A stretch of 64,000 nt of DNA from Octopus vulgaris (Eukaryota): assembly GCA_951406725.2 (NCBI GenBank), contig OX597829.1, positions 31,062,001-31,126,000 of the forward strand. Direction: 5' to 3'. The notes beneath the pieces were generated by a model. The model did no database searches, was not told the origin of the DNA, and saw nothing but the letters and a program-made list of their open reading frames with translations. This document shows positions 23,981 to 37,192 of this stretch, one piece after another. Position 1 is the stretch's first letter. Each line of letters begins with the position of its first letter. Made by a program: the position numbers and the translations under genes.

Positions 23981-24075
23981 GGTGGTGGTGGTGGTGGTGG
24001 TGGTAATGAAGATAATAATGAGATAGGTGTGATAGTGATGATGATGATGTTGATGAAGGAGGAGGAGGAGATAAT
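23550..24075. repeat. (GAT/GGT)n trinucleotide tract
   Basis: Directly visible. Confidence 0.95.
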
Positions 24076-24349
24076 GTACTTGATTAGACTCAATTCATTT
24101 GGTTCAATAGGTTTATAAATTTGACTCTCCTAACAAAACAGGCTAAAATTCCCATCTCTACCAGATTCTATTTCACAACGGAAGCACATGTAGCTGGTTG
24201 TGTGATTAAGGAAGTATGCAGTACTGGGTTTAAATCATTTAATGTGGCATTTAATTGCAAATGTCTTTTACTATTGTTCCAGATTGACAAATACCTTACT
24301 CTTCTACCAATTTCAGTCTGTGATCTGAGGCCATGTTGGAGACGTCACT

Positions 24350-24750
24350 TTACGCTTTTACTTGTTTCAGTCATTTGACTGTGGCCATGCTGGAGCACCG
24401 CCTTTAGTTGAGCAAATCAACCCCAGGAATTATTCTTTGTAAGCCTAGTACTTATTCTATTGGTCTCTTTTGCAGAACTGCTAAGTTACGGAGATGTGAA
24501 CACACCAGCATCGGTTGTCAAGTGATGTTGGGGGGACAAACACAGACACACAAATGTATACACACACATACATATATATAAATACATATATACAACGGGC
24601 TTCTTTCAGTTTCCATCTACCAAATCCACTTACAAGGCTTTGGTCAACCCGACACTATAGTAGAAGACACTTGCCCAAGGTGCCATGTAGTGGGACTAAA
24701 CCCAGAACCATGGGGTTGGTAAGCAAGCTACTTACCACACAGCTACTCCT
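24350..24750 (-). mobile_element. SINE family 1, full length
   Basis: Reverse complement of 56867-57268, including the internal (TA/CA) microsatellite. Confidence 0.88.
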
Positions 24751-25599
24751 GCATCAAGCAATGCTGATTGCAGGTTTCCAAAGGACCAATTGCTAGTTGG
24801 CTGCATTTCTGAGAGCAAACATGGAAAACAGGAGTGTCTGTAACTTGAAATGGCAATGACATGGAACTGCAGCATGGAAGATTGTGAAGAGGTAATAGAA
24901 TAGTTCAATTGAGCCAATGGTGTTTCTTACATTGATGCTGAGCAGAGGAATCATCGAAGATCAACAGTCAGGATCACCAAGCTCAATCAAGAGAAGAACT
25001 GCAATACATCCATATATATGACGGGCTTCTTTCAGTTTCTGTCTACCAAATCCACTCACAAGGCTTTGGTTGGCCCGAGGCTATAGTAGAAGACACTTGC
25101 CCAACGTGCCACGCAGTGGTTGTATAATCAGCTAATGAAGGATTCACTATGACTCAAGTGCCCAATTCAAATTCATAATAATGGAATTGGATGGCAACAG
25201 TGAGTCATGAGAATCTGCAAGAGCTGTGACATATCACAAGGGATAATGCACTGGTTGGTATCCTTCACTGATATCACTGATATGCGTCAGTAAAGTACAC
25301 ATGCTCACACTTTTTTATCTTTTACTAGTTTCAGTCATTGGACTGCAGCTATGTGGTGCCCCCCACCCCTGAAGGGTTTCAGACAAACAAATGAATCAAC
25401 CAGAGTAATTATGATTTTGAAGTCTCTTTTGAAGTATCCATCACAAGATTACTCATGTTTGCTAGCTGAGTGGATTGGAGCAACATGAAAGGAAGTGTTT
25501 TTCTCAAGAACACATCACACAATCCAGGAATCGAAACTACAATCATGAGCGGAACACCTTAAGCACTAAGCCATGTGTCTCCATACACACACACACATA

Positions 25600-26075
25600 T
25601 ACAATGGGCTTTATTCTGTTTCCATCTACCAAATATATGTTTCTTTATTACCCACAAGGGGCTAAACATAGAGGGGGAAAACAAGGACAGACAAACGAAT
25701 TAAGTTGATTGCATCGACCCCAGTGCATAACTGGTACTTAATTTATCGACCCCGAAAGGATGAAAGGCAAAGTCGACCTCGGCGGAATTTGAACTCAGAA
25801 CGTTACGGCAGACAAAATACGGCTACACATTTCGCCCGGCAGGCTAACGGTTCTGCCAGCTCGCCACCTTATATCTACCAAATATACTCTACCAAAACGG
25901 TTCTGCCAGCTCGCCGCCTTATATCTACCAAAATATCTACCAAATATACTCACAAATTTTGTGTCGGCCTGGGGCTACAGCAGAAAATACTTGCCCAAGG
26001 TGCCACACAGTAGGACTGAACCTGAAACAACATGGTTGGGAAGCAAACTTTTCAACCACACAACCAGACCTGTGC
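25600..26075 (-). mobile_element. SINE family 1 fragment with a SINE family 2 copy (25640-25868) inserted
   Basis: TSD ATCTACCAAATATA at 25624-25637 and 25873-25886. Confidence 0.8.
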
Positions 26076-26739
26076 CTAAATATGCACAAACATATGTATG
26101 ATTTTTTAGTTTGTTTTTCATGTATGCATGGACTAGACAAGTATATTAATATATCGCTGCATACCCTTCTTGTGGTTAAAAGATGCAAAATCACTAGCTC
26201 ATTTATTAATATGGAAAATAACAACTCCATCTGTAGATCAGTTAAGTGATATTAGGAGAAGTGCAAATGTAAAACCACACACACACACATGACGGACTTC
26301 CTTCAGTTTCCATCTGCTGAACAAACTCACAAGGCTTTGGTTGACTCAGGCTTTAGTAGAAAGAAGACACTCGCCCACGGTGCCACTTTGTGGGATTCAA
26401 CCCGGAACTATGTGATTCTCGACCACACAGCCACACCTACACACAGATACACATGCATACTTATAAATGCATTCGTTCATACACAGCAAAAGCAAAGATC
26501 GTAGTTCGCTTGAAATTGAGAAAATGCTGTCTTGATGTCTTTCATCGTGCATGTGAGTATGTGAAAGCGCACGAGAGCGCATGCGTGTGAACACATAAAT
26601 GAATGTATGTGTATTAAGTTTTAAGTCAATCCAGATAAAGTAGGTTTACGATGGCTGACTGATATACTAACAGTGACCATCCCAGGGAACACAAGAATGC
26701 AAGATAACATTATCCGGCATATCAGTATTTTTTTCATAC

Positions 26740-27112
26740 CCTTTTACTGTGGCCATGCTGGAGCACCGCCTTTACTCGAGCAAATCGACCCCAGGACTTA
26801 TTCTTTGGAAGCCTAGTACTTATTCTATCGGTCTCTTTTGCCGAACCGCTAAGTTACGGGGACGTAAACACACCAGCATCGGTTGTCAAGCGATGTTGGG
26901 GGCACAAACACAGAAACATAAACACACACATACAAATATATAAATACATATATACGATGGGCTTCTTTCAGTTTCCGTCTACCAAATCCACTCACAAGGC
27001 TTTGGTCGGCCCGAGGCTATAGTAGAAGACACTTGCCCAAGGTGCCATGCAGTGGGAATGAACCCGGAACCATGTAGTTGGTAAGCAAGCTACTTACCAC
27101 ACAGCCACTCCT
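26740..27112 (-). mobile_element. SINE family 1, near full length, CpG-rich (young)
   Basis: Reverse complement of 56867-57268. Confidence 0.9.
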
Positions 27113-27759
27113 ATACATGGTATGGTTTAATTTGAGAAATTCAACTGCTGTTTCTAACAGGCCAGACGACTACATATAAGTTTGTAACAGACTCTTGAGT
27201 ATCTGCATCAGTGTATATCTGAGTGAAACATATATTGAGCTGCGCCCCAAGATGTAAAATTAAGCCAATCGATAAATAAATACCGATAAGATATATTATA
27301 GTGAACTAAAAAGTATCGTTGATGCGATCAACTATAAACTTTTGAGTTCGGTGCAGGAGTATGGGGGCAGCCAAATGATTAAATCTAGTAAGAAAAAATG
27401 AAAGAAAAAGCTTTAAATCAACCGGCCAGCTGACCGACAGGCAAGTTGACCAAGGAAAATAAACCTGAGTCACAAACAACATAGCTCTATGTGATCATTC
27501 GACTTGCTAGAAATACCAGTTAAATCATCCTCAAACAACAGCTTACTGTCTTAAAAATTAAAGGACAGATAATGGAGTGCTGAAAAAATAATTAAGATAT
27601 AAAAGATCGCCGGAGCGTCTTTGATCGTTAGTCAAAGCTGACTTGGAGCTGAACATAGAAAAACGTGTATGTGTTTTTTCGTGTGTGTATATGTGTGTGT
27701 GTGTGGATGTGTCTGATCGTTTCACCGACGCACTTGACACAGAGGAAATACGAAGAGGA

Positions 27760-28190
27760 AACATGAAGATAAAATGTTTTCTATTCTAATAAGAAAACAA
27801 GTAGAAACTGGAAATTGAAAATCAACTACACTGAAGAAAAAGATTTAGATAAGGACAAAACAATAACAATAGAAGTTAAAAAGAATATGAAGAATAAAGA
27901 AACAAATTTGAAACAAAGTACAAAAATATTCTAAAGAAAAATGGGAAGAAAACGTTCACTCCATGACCAATGACCTGCAAGAAAGGAATTAAACTAGAAT
28001 GAAAACCAACAATTGCTCAAAAGTTCTGGATTAAACGCAGAAACAAAAGACCTGATTTTAGCTGCACTGGACCGCATACTTAGATGCAGACATAAATAAA
28101 ATATGGAAAAGACATTAATATTATGTGTAGACTATGTAACCGATGAAATGAGACAATTGACCACACCGTCTGCTACTGCCTAGTCCTGTA
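27760..28190 (+). pseudogene. Degenerate Dong/R4-type non-LTR fragment (zinc-knuckle region)
   Basis: LKSSGLNAETKDLILAA and CRLCN..ETIDHTVCYCLVL (CCHC-type knuckle preceding the REL endonuclease). Confidence 0.6.
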
Positions 28191-28239
28191 CGCAGATTCG
28201 GTCTGATGGGTAGATGCAACGTTATATTAAAAATTGGTT

Positions 28240-28603
28240 CGCCTGACTGGCTCCCGTGCCACCGGCACGTAAAGAGCACCAACCGAACGTGGCCAATGCC
28301 AGTACCCCTTGACTGGCTCCCGTGCCGGTGTCATGTAAAAAGCACCATCCGAACGTGGTTGATGCCAGGTCCACCTAGCTGGCTCCTGTGCCAGTAACAC
28401 GTAAAAAGCACCAACTGAATGTGGCCAATGCCAGTAACCCTTGACTGGCTCTTGTGCTGGTGGCACATAAAAAGCACCATCCGAACATGGCCAATGCCAG
28501 TAGCCCCTGACTAGCCCCTGTGCCGGTAAAGGCATCCAGCTGTAGAAACAGTCAAACCGCATGTAAAACGGACGTTAAACGGTGATGAGGATGATGAGGA
28601 TGA
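28240..28603 (+). mobile_element. RTE 3' UTR fragment with ~64-bp minisatellite
   Basis: TGACTGGCTCCCGTGCCGGTGGCACGTAAAAAGCACC-like unit, ~4-5 copies, then GGACGTTAAAC and (GAT/GAG)n. Confidence 0.75.
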
Positions 28604-31600
28604 AAAATATAAGATTTTTTAAAACTTTGAATGGCTAGAAGTGTCCATCTGAGTGTAATGGGAATTAATGAGGTCCGTAGGCAAAAAATGATTAAGAAAA
28701 ACTGATGTAAACAGATGTGCAGCATGAAAGGGAGGGTGTTCATGTCACCACATCCTACCTACATAAACATTAAGATCCTAGATAAATTTATCACAGCAGG
28801 TATAATTATATTACTCTGATATATATCTTGATACCGTCTGACTAAAATTATTGTCTGAAAAGTGGTGGAAATTGTCAAAAATACTGAAACTAATGTAAGC
28901 AGCAGGTAGGGGTATGAAAATATAAATAGCAGCAATAGTAACTGTAACACTGGGTATGATAAGAAACCATGAACCAGGGTTCATGGTGTTACACCTTTGC
29001 GCAATAGGTAACCCTGCCAAGTACAGTATCCTGCACTGTCAGTTTATTAATTACAAAAGAATGTGCTGTATGATATTTTATTGGGTGTTGATTGTCAAGA
29101 GTATGTGTTACATTATACTGTTTGCTGGTGTCTCCATAGTGTATGCGGTATGAACTATGTCTTTTTTTAGTCATGACTGGTATAGGTTATGTATTATGGT
29201 GTGAGTTTGAACAGGCGTTATCAAAGTGAAAGCACCAGTTGTCAAGAGGTAGTAGTGTTAGAATCAGAAAGGTACATACACATACATAAAATAGGCTTCC
29301 ATACAGTTTCCAAATTCGTTCATAAGGCATCAGTTAGCCCAGGTCTACAGTAGAAGGCATCTAGCCAATGTACCATTCAGCAAGACTAAAGACAAAATCA
29401 CACAGTATCTATACATATATGTATGTTTATATAGCACACATACATATCTTTATATACATATATAATATACATTTGAATACATATGTATTTATATAATGCA
29501 TAACATACATACATACTTTTTCTATCATTATCATCACCATTTTAAAGTCCACTTTTCCATAGGTCAGACAGAATTTGTTGTGGCAAATTTTCTATGCCTA
29601 GAAAATTTCTTGTCATTAACCTTCATCTGTTTCAACTAATTCCAAGTAAGGCAATATACTTTTATATATGTTCACAGCAGATTGGAAATGAAGAACACTG
29701 CTTGTATAACATGCCACTTGTTTACAGCTATCATGTGATGTCAAGACAAGGATACACATATATATAAATATATATATGCATTTTTCAAAATGTAGCCACA
29801 TGTGAATTGTTGGCAATTTTTTTTCCTCCATCTTCCTCTTCTATTAGACTTTTCTCTGTCTCCTGTTTCAGAAGAAGAGCATACATACATTTCTACCTTC
29901 TTGGATTCACTCAGAGAAGTGAAGATATGTTATCCTCGTCATGGTTAGGGAGCCCTAGCTAACAATCCACTAGACAGATCATTTCAGACAAGAACTAAGG
30001 GTCTAACACTCCCAAAATTTCTTGACAGTGCATCTTTGGACATTCTATGTAACAGGGCATTTTTGCTAGAAACCCTGTTGGCTTCATACTAGAGTACATT
30101 TGAACTTTTAGCAAATCTGTTTGAACTCCTCAGGGAAGGGTTTCTCAGCAACATTTATAGTAGGGGTGTAAGTTTAGTTATCAACAACCTAGTCGAAAGT
30201 TGTGGCAGTATGCCCCGAGAGAAAAAAAATACAAGCAGCGATAAGTAACTTTAAGGTCGTTTCTGACAATAGATTTTAAATATCCTCTGGCAACTTGGAG
30301 AAGAGAGTGGTTACCAATTTGAGTCACATTTGTCATTAGAATTATCTCCTATCTCCTTCACAATCAAGAATACGATTCTGGGAAAAGTACATCAACAACG
30401 TCACTACAAGCCATCTTGCACAGGTTTCTCCTCCAGTAATGTGAATTATAGATCTCGTAAAAGGTCGTTGTCATTGTGGTGGTATATGTATTACATACAC
30501 ATGAGCAACAACGAAACACTCCCTTCCATAATTTCTTCGCTCACGGGGACACGCCAATAATGTAACATAGGCCATAGAATACTTCAGAGTTATTCAAAAG
30601 ACTAGAGATCTGGGCCAAAACCCTTCATAGATGTTTGATAAATACTCTGATAGGGAATTCCAGGCCACTGAGAGTAGCTCCTATAGCATTTTCAGCTAAC
30701 ACACATACACACGTACGCACGCACGTACGTATGTGTAGTTTTGTTTAAATTGTTAAGTTGTAAAGGGTTTGTCATATTTTGTTATACTAACCTAATTCCT
30801 GTTATTTGTTTTACTTCATAGAAACACAAGTGGACGTAGTTACTTCTAAGTACATTTTCTTTTTTAAACCCAGACACTCGCTCGCATTTGCCTTTTGGTG
30901 TCTAAAATAGATATTTCTAGCAATGAATACAACCCATTACAACGAAAGAGAGAAAGGAAGAGAAAAAGAAGAAAGAAAATGATTATATACGAGAGTATTA
31001 CAAAGAGAGAGAGAGAGAGAGAGAGAGAGACGGGGAAGAGTCAGAGAAAGGACACAGTCCATGGGAAGTAGTGTTTAACTAATTGCCCATAATGATGGGT
31101 ATTAATGAGCTACTATTTCGTCATAATTATTCGTCTCGGATAGGTCGACTGCCTGTACTGAGAATCGTGTATACCCACAGCCACCATTTGACATTGTATT
31201 TTACACGCTCATTTCTCGATCGTGAGAGTTCAAAGTACAAAAACACATACACACACCAAACTCTCTCTCTCTCTCACACACACACTTTAGAAGATTTCTT
31301 CCTTCTTGTTTTTTCATCCCCAAATAATCCAGCCACACGCATTCAGTAGGTATCTTGTGATAATGTTCTTCCGAATTCAAATTAGAATATGTGATGAAAA
31401 TCTAGTTAATGTATTTACCGGAAGTAAGTAGAATCTTTGAAATATAAAACACCCCTAACCCCAACCCCCAAAAGAGAAGGAAAGTAATAAAACAATTGTG
31501 TAAAAAAAAAAAAAAAATATGGATGACATGCATGAACCAAAACGATTGATACATAAGCAGCAAGAGAACCTTGTAAATGATCGTAAGTCAGGTTAAAGAT

Positions 31601-32065
31601 AACAGCCAAATAACCTTCAAACTAAATCTAAACGGGGGGGGGGGGATGGAAGGGGCCTGTTGTCCTTAGATATCCTGGAAAAGATGAGGCTGAACTGTTC
31701 TTGATTGGGGAGTAAATTACAACGACAAAGAAAGACTTTATCATAACGTTGTTAAAACAGATTTCTCGTAAATCAAAACAACATAATTTACAATCTAATT
31801 GCTTTTACATATGCACATACACACACACACACATTGCATTTCAAAACAATTGATAGAGAGGTAAATGATGTCATATTTTAGAAATGTGTGAAATAATGTA
31901 AATAGGTGTCCGGCAAAAACAAATCTCACAACAATGTATTTTTTATGTATACCGATAATTACACACACATACAAAATTAATAACTGATTTAATCTTTGTT
32001 TGAGCGTAGGCAGTTTTCGGAAAGCAAAACTATTGGTTAACTCACACTACATTGTCAGTCCCTTC

Positions 32066-32820
32066 GGATCTTTTCCTTTGGAACGGCACATGTCAACACA
32101 ATTTCTAGTTAACTATAAACACTTTTAAACTTCGTATACTGGTAGAATGTGTTCATAAAACATCATTTTTTCTTGGCTTTATTGAGAAAATTCTATTTGT
32201 TGTAACATATTTCGACTTTAATTTCGCGCATTTCGGCAATTTTAACCAATCGTTGACCTCCATTGACGTAAACAACATTCCGTGCTGTATGAATATGTCC
32301 CTCGTTTAAGAAACAGATTGGGTTTATTTACATTTGCGAAGAAAAAAAGATACCCTTCCCCCCACCCCTAACCTTAACCCTAAAATAGATTGAAATGCAA
32401 TAGATCGATACTAGGGTTATAATTATGGGTGACAATTTCATTTGACACTGCTAGAAAAAAATCCCATTTTCCGTAGCAGTGTCGTATGAAATTGCCACCC
32501 ATAATTATAACCCTAGTATCGATCTATTGCATTTCAATCTATTTTAGGGTTAGGGTATCTTTTTTTTCTTCGCAAATGTAAATAAACCCAATCTGTTTCT
32601 TAAACGAGGGACATATTCATATAGCACGGAATGTTGTTTATGTCAATGGAGGTCAGCAATTGGTTAAAATTGCCGAAATGCTCGAAATTAAAGTCGGAAT
32701 ATATTACAACATATAGAATTTCCTCAATAAAGCAAAGAAAAAATGATGTTTTATAAACAGATTCTACCAGTATATGAAGTTTAAAAGTGTTTAGTTAACT
32801 AGAAATTGTGTTGACATGTG
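32066..32820. mobile_element. Fold-back dimer of the GGATC-MITE, ~370-bp arms
   Basis: 32087-~32460 is the reverse complement of ~32470-32820. The arm is homologous to 52456-52886. Confidence 0.9.
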
Positions 32821-32865
32821 ACTCTGCTTGCTCTTTCTCCTACCACCTGTCTTACCAAGTAACTT

Positions 32866-33093
32866 ACGTGAGCTGGCAGAAACATTAGCATGCCGGACGA
32901 AATGCTTAGCGGTATTTTGCCTGCCGATACATTCTGAGTTCAAATTCTGCCGAGGTCAACTTTGCCTTTCATCCTTTTGGGGTTGATAAATTAAGTACCA
33001 GTTACGCACTGGTGTCGATGTAATCGACTTAATCCATTTGTCTGTCCTTGTTTGTCCCCTCTATGTTTAGCCCCTTGTGGGCAATAAAGAATT
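32866..33093 (+). mobile_element. SINE family 2 monomer
   Basis: GAGCTGGCAGAAACATTAGC..GAGTTCAAATTC..GCCTTTCATCC..GCCCCTTGTGGGCAATAAAG. Confidence 0.88.
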
Positions 33094-33267
33094 AAGAAAC
33101 AGAAGTCGTTTTAACAACAAAGGATGTACCTGTTGTAGCTTAATGAACTTCAGAGCAAAGGCACTTGGAAACTTCTAATCAAACCACGCGGACAGGAAAA
33201 TGTAAGGTAATTTCGAATTCCTTTGCAAGCAATAAAAGGGCAAGAAACTGGAATAAAATTCCCAAAG

Positions 33268-33540
33268 GCACAGGCGTGGCTATGTAGTAAGAAGCTTACT
33301 TCCCAATGAGATGGTTCCAGGTTCTGTCCCACAGCGTTGCACCTTGGGCAAGTGTCTTCTACTACATCTTTGAGTCGACTGAAGCCTTATGAGTGGATTT
33401 AGCAGATGGAAACTATAAGAAGCCCGTCGTGTATATATGTGTGTCTGTGTGTGTTTTTATGTCTGTCCCCTATCACTGTTTGACAACTGGTGATGGTGGG
33501 TTTGCGTTTCTGTAAATTAACAGTTCGGCATACCAGGCTA
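33268..33540 (+). mobile_element. SINE family 1, degenerate
   Basis: Homology to 56867-57268. Confidence 0.75.
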
Positions 33541-33796
33541 AAAATAATATGTACTTGGGTTTATAGTGAGCAATGGTTTTGGTGCTTAGCTTTATAGAAG
33601 ACTCATCAGACTCCAATGCCAGCAGTCACATAACCTCTCTTCTAACTAGAAGTAGAAAATCAATATGGTCATTTATTACAAATTAATTGACCATAACTGT
33701 CTTCTACCTCTAGTTTGACCGGGCCATACATTACATTACATTACAGCTCTAACTTTCAGGCTGTGCTTCTTTTTTTGGATATACAATCCACTGATG

Positions 33797-33845
<49 letters not shown>

Positions 33846-33847
<2 letters not shown>

Positions 33848-34096
33848 GGTGACACGTAAAAAGCACCAACCGATCGTAGCCATTTGCCAGCCTCCTCTGG
33901 CCCCTGTGCTGGTGGCACGTAAAAAGCACCCACTACACTTACGGAGTGGTTGGCGTTAGGAAGGGCATCCAGCCGTGGAAACACTGCCAGATCAGGCTAG
34001 AGCCTGGCGCAGCCTCCTGGCTTCTCAGACCCCGGTCGAACTGTCCAACCCATGCTAGCATGGAAAACGGACGTTAAACGATGATGATGATGATGA
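33846..34096 (+). mobile_element. RTE 3' tail within (TA)n
   Basis: Homology to 54540-54787; ends in (GAT)n. Confidence 0.85.
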
Positions 34097-34354
34097 TATA
34101 TATATATATATATATACACACACATAGAGTCCAGCTTTGGAGTCACTGTCACCACTCTTGTAAATAGTATATGTACTCTATAAAAAATGTTGAGTAATCC
34201 TTCAGTTTAATGTAAAATTGCTTTATTATAACTTGATATAAATAGCAACAAGATAGATTGAAAGAAAGTAAGAAAGATAGAATAGAACAAAAAGCAGAAA
34301 AGCATAAAAACAACAAATTTGTTTTGAAGTGGTTTATATTGGCGGTGCTCAACG

Positions 34355-35044
34355 CAAAGGAGCACATATATCCATATAAAAGAGATGATGTATAAAACAT
34401 CAAAGAAATATATATATATTCACTATAATTAATAGCTTAATTAATAATAGGCCGTTAAACACCAACACGGAAATCCAGGTGGAAAAAGCTTGCATGCATA
34501 TACATAATCGGCTAAAATTATCTTAATTACTGTGGGTATATCATTTCTTTGATGGTTTATGTATCATCGCTTTTTATGTGGGTATATATTTACTCTTTTA
34601 CATTGAGCTTTACTAATTGTACACTACATCGAAAAGGAGAAGCAGTTTCTAAGCATTTCTGCTTTTTATTCTAAATTATAAGTGCCTCTTACGGATCGTT
34701 TTAGATAATTATGTATATGTGTGCAAGCTTCCCCCCACTCACTGCATCAAGATTTACTTATTGGTATCTGAAATTCTTAGTAAGCTTTTGAATCACACTG
34801 AAACTCCTGCTCATTAAAATAATATATATACTCATGTTTGAGTTCCATCTATATTTGTTCTTAAAATCTCTATGTCTATCTGTCAAGATTATATATAATT
34901 ATTGAGTATTAATGGAAACGGCTGTAAGAAGTACCAATTTGTTAATAACAAATGGCTATTAACTTTCAACTCAAAGGAGCACATATATCCATATAAAAGA
35001 AATGATGTATAAAACATCAAAGAAATATATATATATATATTCAC
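34355..35044. repeat. ~70-bp direct repeat pair next to the Penelope 3' end (pLTR-like)
   Basis: CAAAGGAGCACATATATCCATATAAAAGA.ATGATGTATAAAACATCAAAGAAATATA at ~34355 and ~34972. Confidence 0.85.
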
Positions 35045-35199
35045 ATATACACATATATACACACGCACACATTCACACAATTAAAAAGAAAAAATTAAAA
35101 ATATATATAAAAAATTAAAAGTTAAAAATTAAAAGAAGACATATGGGATGCTTGTGCAGGAACATAGTAAAAATGCAGATTCTAGCTGTGATCTTGGGG

Positions 35200-36075
35200 A
35201 GTGGGGCAAACTGTAACAGGTATTTTGTTACGCGTCGACATGATCCAAAAAAATCAGTTCTTGAATTTAGACATGTAGCGGGGTCCAAGGAACTTTTCCA
35301 GATGTGCCATCTTTCCACATTACAAAGACTGCATTTACCACTATCTGCACTTGCCATTTGGTATAAGGTTTACACTTGGTTAAGATTATTCCAGTTAATC
35401 CTATAGCAGGCACCTTGTTCTTTTAAGAACCATATATAACTGGATAATTTGGTAGTTATTCGTTTATTCCAGTGCCTGAAGCTTAAAGAGTGATTGTTGA
35501 ACCTCGCTTTGAAATTTCCCTCTGTGTGACCTACATGTCTCTTTGATGAAACTGTGTTATTAGCATTTGTAGAATTTATGGTGGCTTCATAAATAGTCTT
35601 GGTCATACAGGCTTCATTTAGTGGGCACAAATCTTTATCTCTGCAGGAACAGCTGGCTTTGTGTTGTTGTTTTGCATTGTGTGTAATTGTTTTTAAAATT
35701 TGGGGTTGAACTAAAACTAATTTTGAGGTTATGCCTATTAAAGAGTTTACTATATTTATGATGTATTGGAAAATGTCTATCTATAAGTAACAAGAAGTCA
35801 TTTATATTAAAGGTCACTTTAGGGGAGTAAGGGGGTGTGAACCAGACAATTTTCCTGTGTCTGTTTCCTTTTCTTTATTTCTGACCTAACAGTAGGTGTG
35901 TTAGCTATTTCCTTTTTACATCCACTAGCTTTAAGAGCATTGTTATATAATGGGGCAGCATTATTAAATATGCTTATATTAGAGGAGAGGCTAGAAATTC
36001 TACAAATATTAACTAAATTCTTAAACACTATGGGTTGGGAGGCAGGAACCTACATTAATATAAATAAGTCTATCG
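35200..36075 (-). pseudogene. Penelope-like element: RT thumb remnant, linker and GIY-YIG endonuclease
   Basis: RISSLSSN..AAPLYNNALKASG; LIDRHFPIHHKYSKLFNRHNLKISFS; CPLNEAC..IYEA..HVGHTEGNFKARFNNH..LSSYIWFLK; KCSLC. Frameshifted. Confidence 0.88.
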
Positions 36076-36344
36076 TTAGGGTTAGGGTTGTCATAAATAA
36101 CAGTGTAAAACGAAATATACACAAACAACAGCAGTAATTTATTCAGCTGAATACACGTCATTGATTGGTTGAAATTACCGAAATACAACTTTAACGTGAA
36201 ATAACTTCCTAAATATAAGCTTTTCCAAAAAACGCTAAGAGTAAAAGATGTTTTATATGACACATTCTACCAGTGTCCAAAGTTTGAAAGTGTTTAGTTA
36301 CAAACAATTATTTTTTAAATCTGTAGGTCAAAAGGTAAAGATCC
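36070..36344 (-). mobile_element. Diverged GGATC-MITE relative with TTAGGG repeats
   Basis: Ends AAAGATCC; shares ACACATTCTACCAGT..AAGTTT.AAAGTGTTTAGTTA with 32760-32800; GTTAGGGTTAGGGTT at ~36074. Confidence 0.65.
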
Positions 36345-37144
36345 CAAGTTACTAGTCTTTACACACTGAAGACGGAGTCTTGTTTTACATTAATGCTTAT
36401 ATGCATCCACTACTGGTTGCTTATCCTTAACCTTCTGCCCAATCCATCTGCTAACAGTACAACTATTAGGTAATTCTGGGTCCCCAGTAACAGTTGTCAG
36501 CCTTGAAATACCATGCCCTCTCCCCTCAGTTTTCTGTATCATTTGTACTCCATATAAATTTGTTCTGTTAATAAAAATTTCTATGCTTATACACGAGTGT
36601 TCATCTGAATATTTTCAGCTTTGGTTTCTCTATGTATATCCCTATATATATATATTTACATGTATGTATATTTTATATATCACCCGAATTCCTCTTATAG
36701 TCACTCTTTGCCCTGCGGTCATAGTCCTCGATAAGGACTTTGAAGTTTAAGTTCAAATCATTTGAGCATTATAATGTTTTCTATATTGAACATCTCTAGA
36801 TTACATACACAGATATATATTTTTTTTTGGGGGGGGGGGGGGCAGTAGAATGTGTAATGGCCCTTGTTTGTGTGTGTTAGAGTATATATGTAAGTGCGAG
36901 TTAGTGTGTGTGTGATCATGTATGTAAACACATGTTACTCTTGCAAATAAAACTTAAAACCGCTGATATCAAACGGTGTTTGAATATTTAAAAACATCGG
37001 GAATTTCGAGTAAATTACCGTCAATTTACATTGTAGCTGACAATGTGTAGCGAGAGAACAACGGGTTAATGTGAAATATAGTTCAGTATTTCTCAGTAAG
37101 AATATATTATGTATGTTTGTGTCGTACACGTAAACACACGTGTG

Positions 37145-37192
<48 letters not shown>

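Noticed and set aside
29950-30660. Possible remnant of a REL-endonuclease retroelement (minus strand)
   Set aside because: Only a vague VARG-like motif; too degenerate to call.
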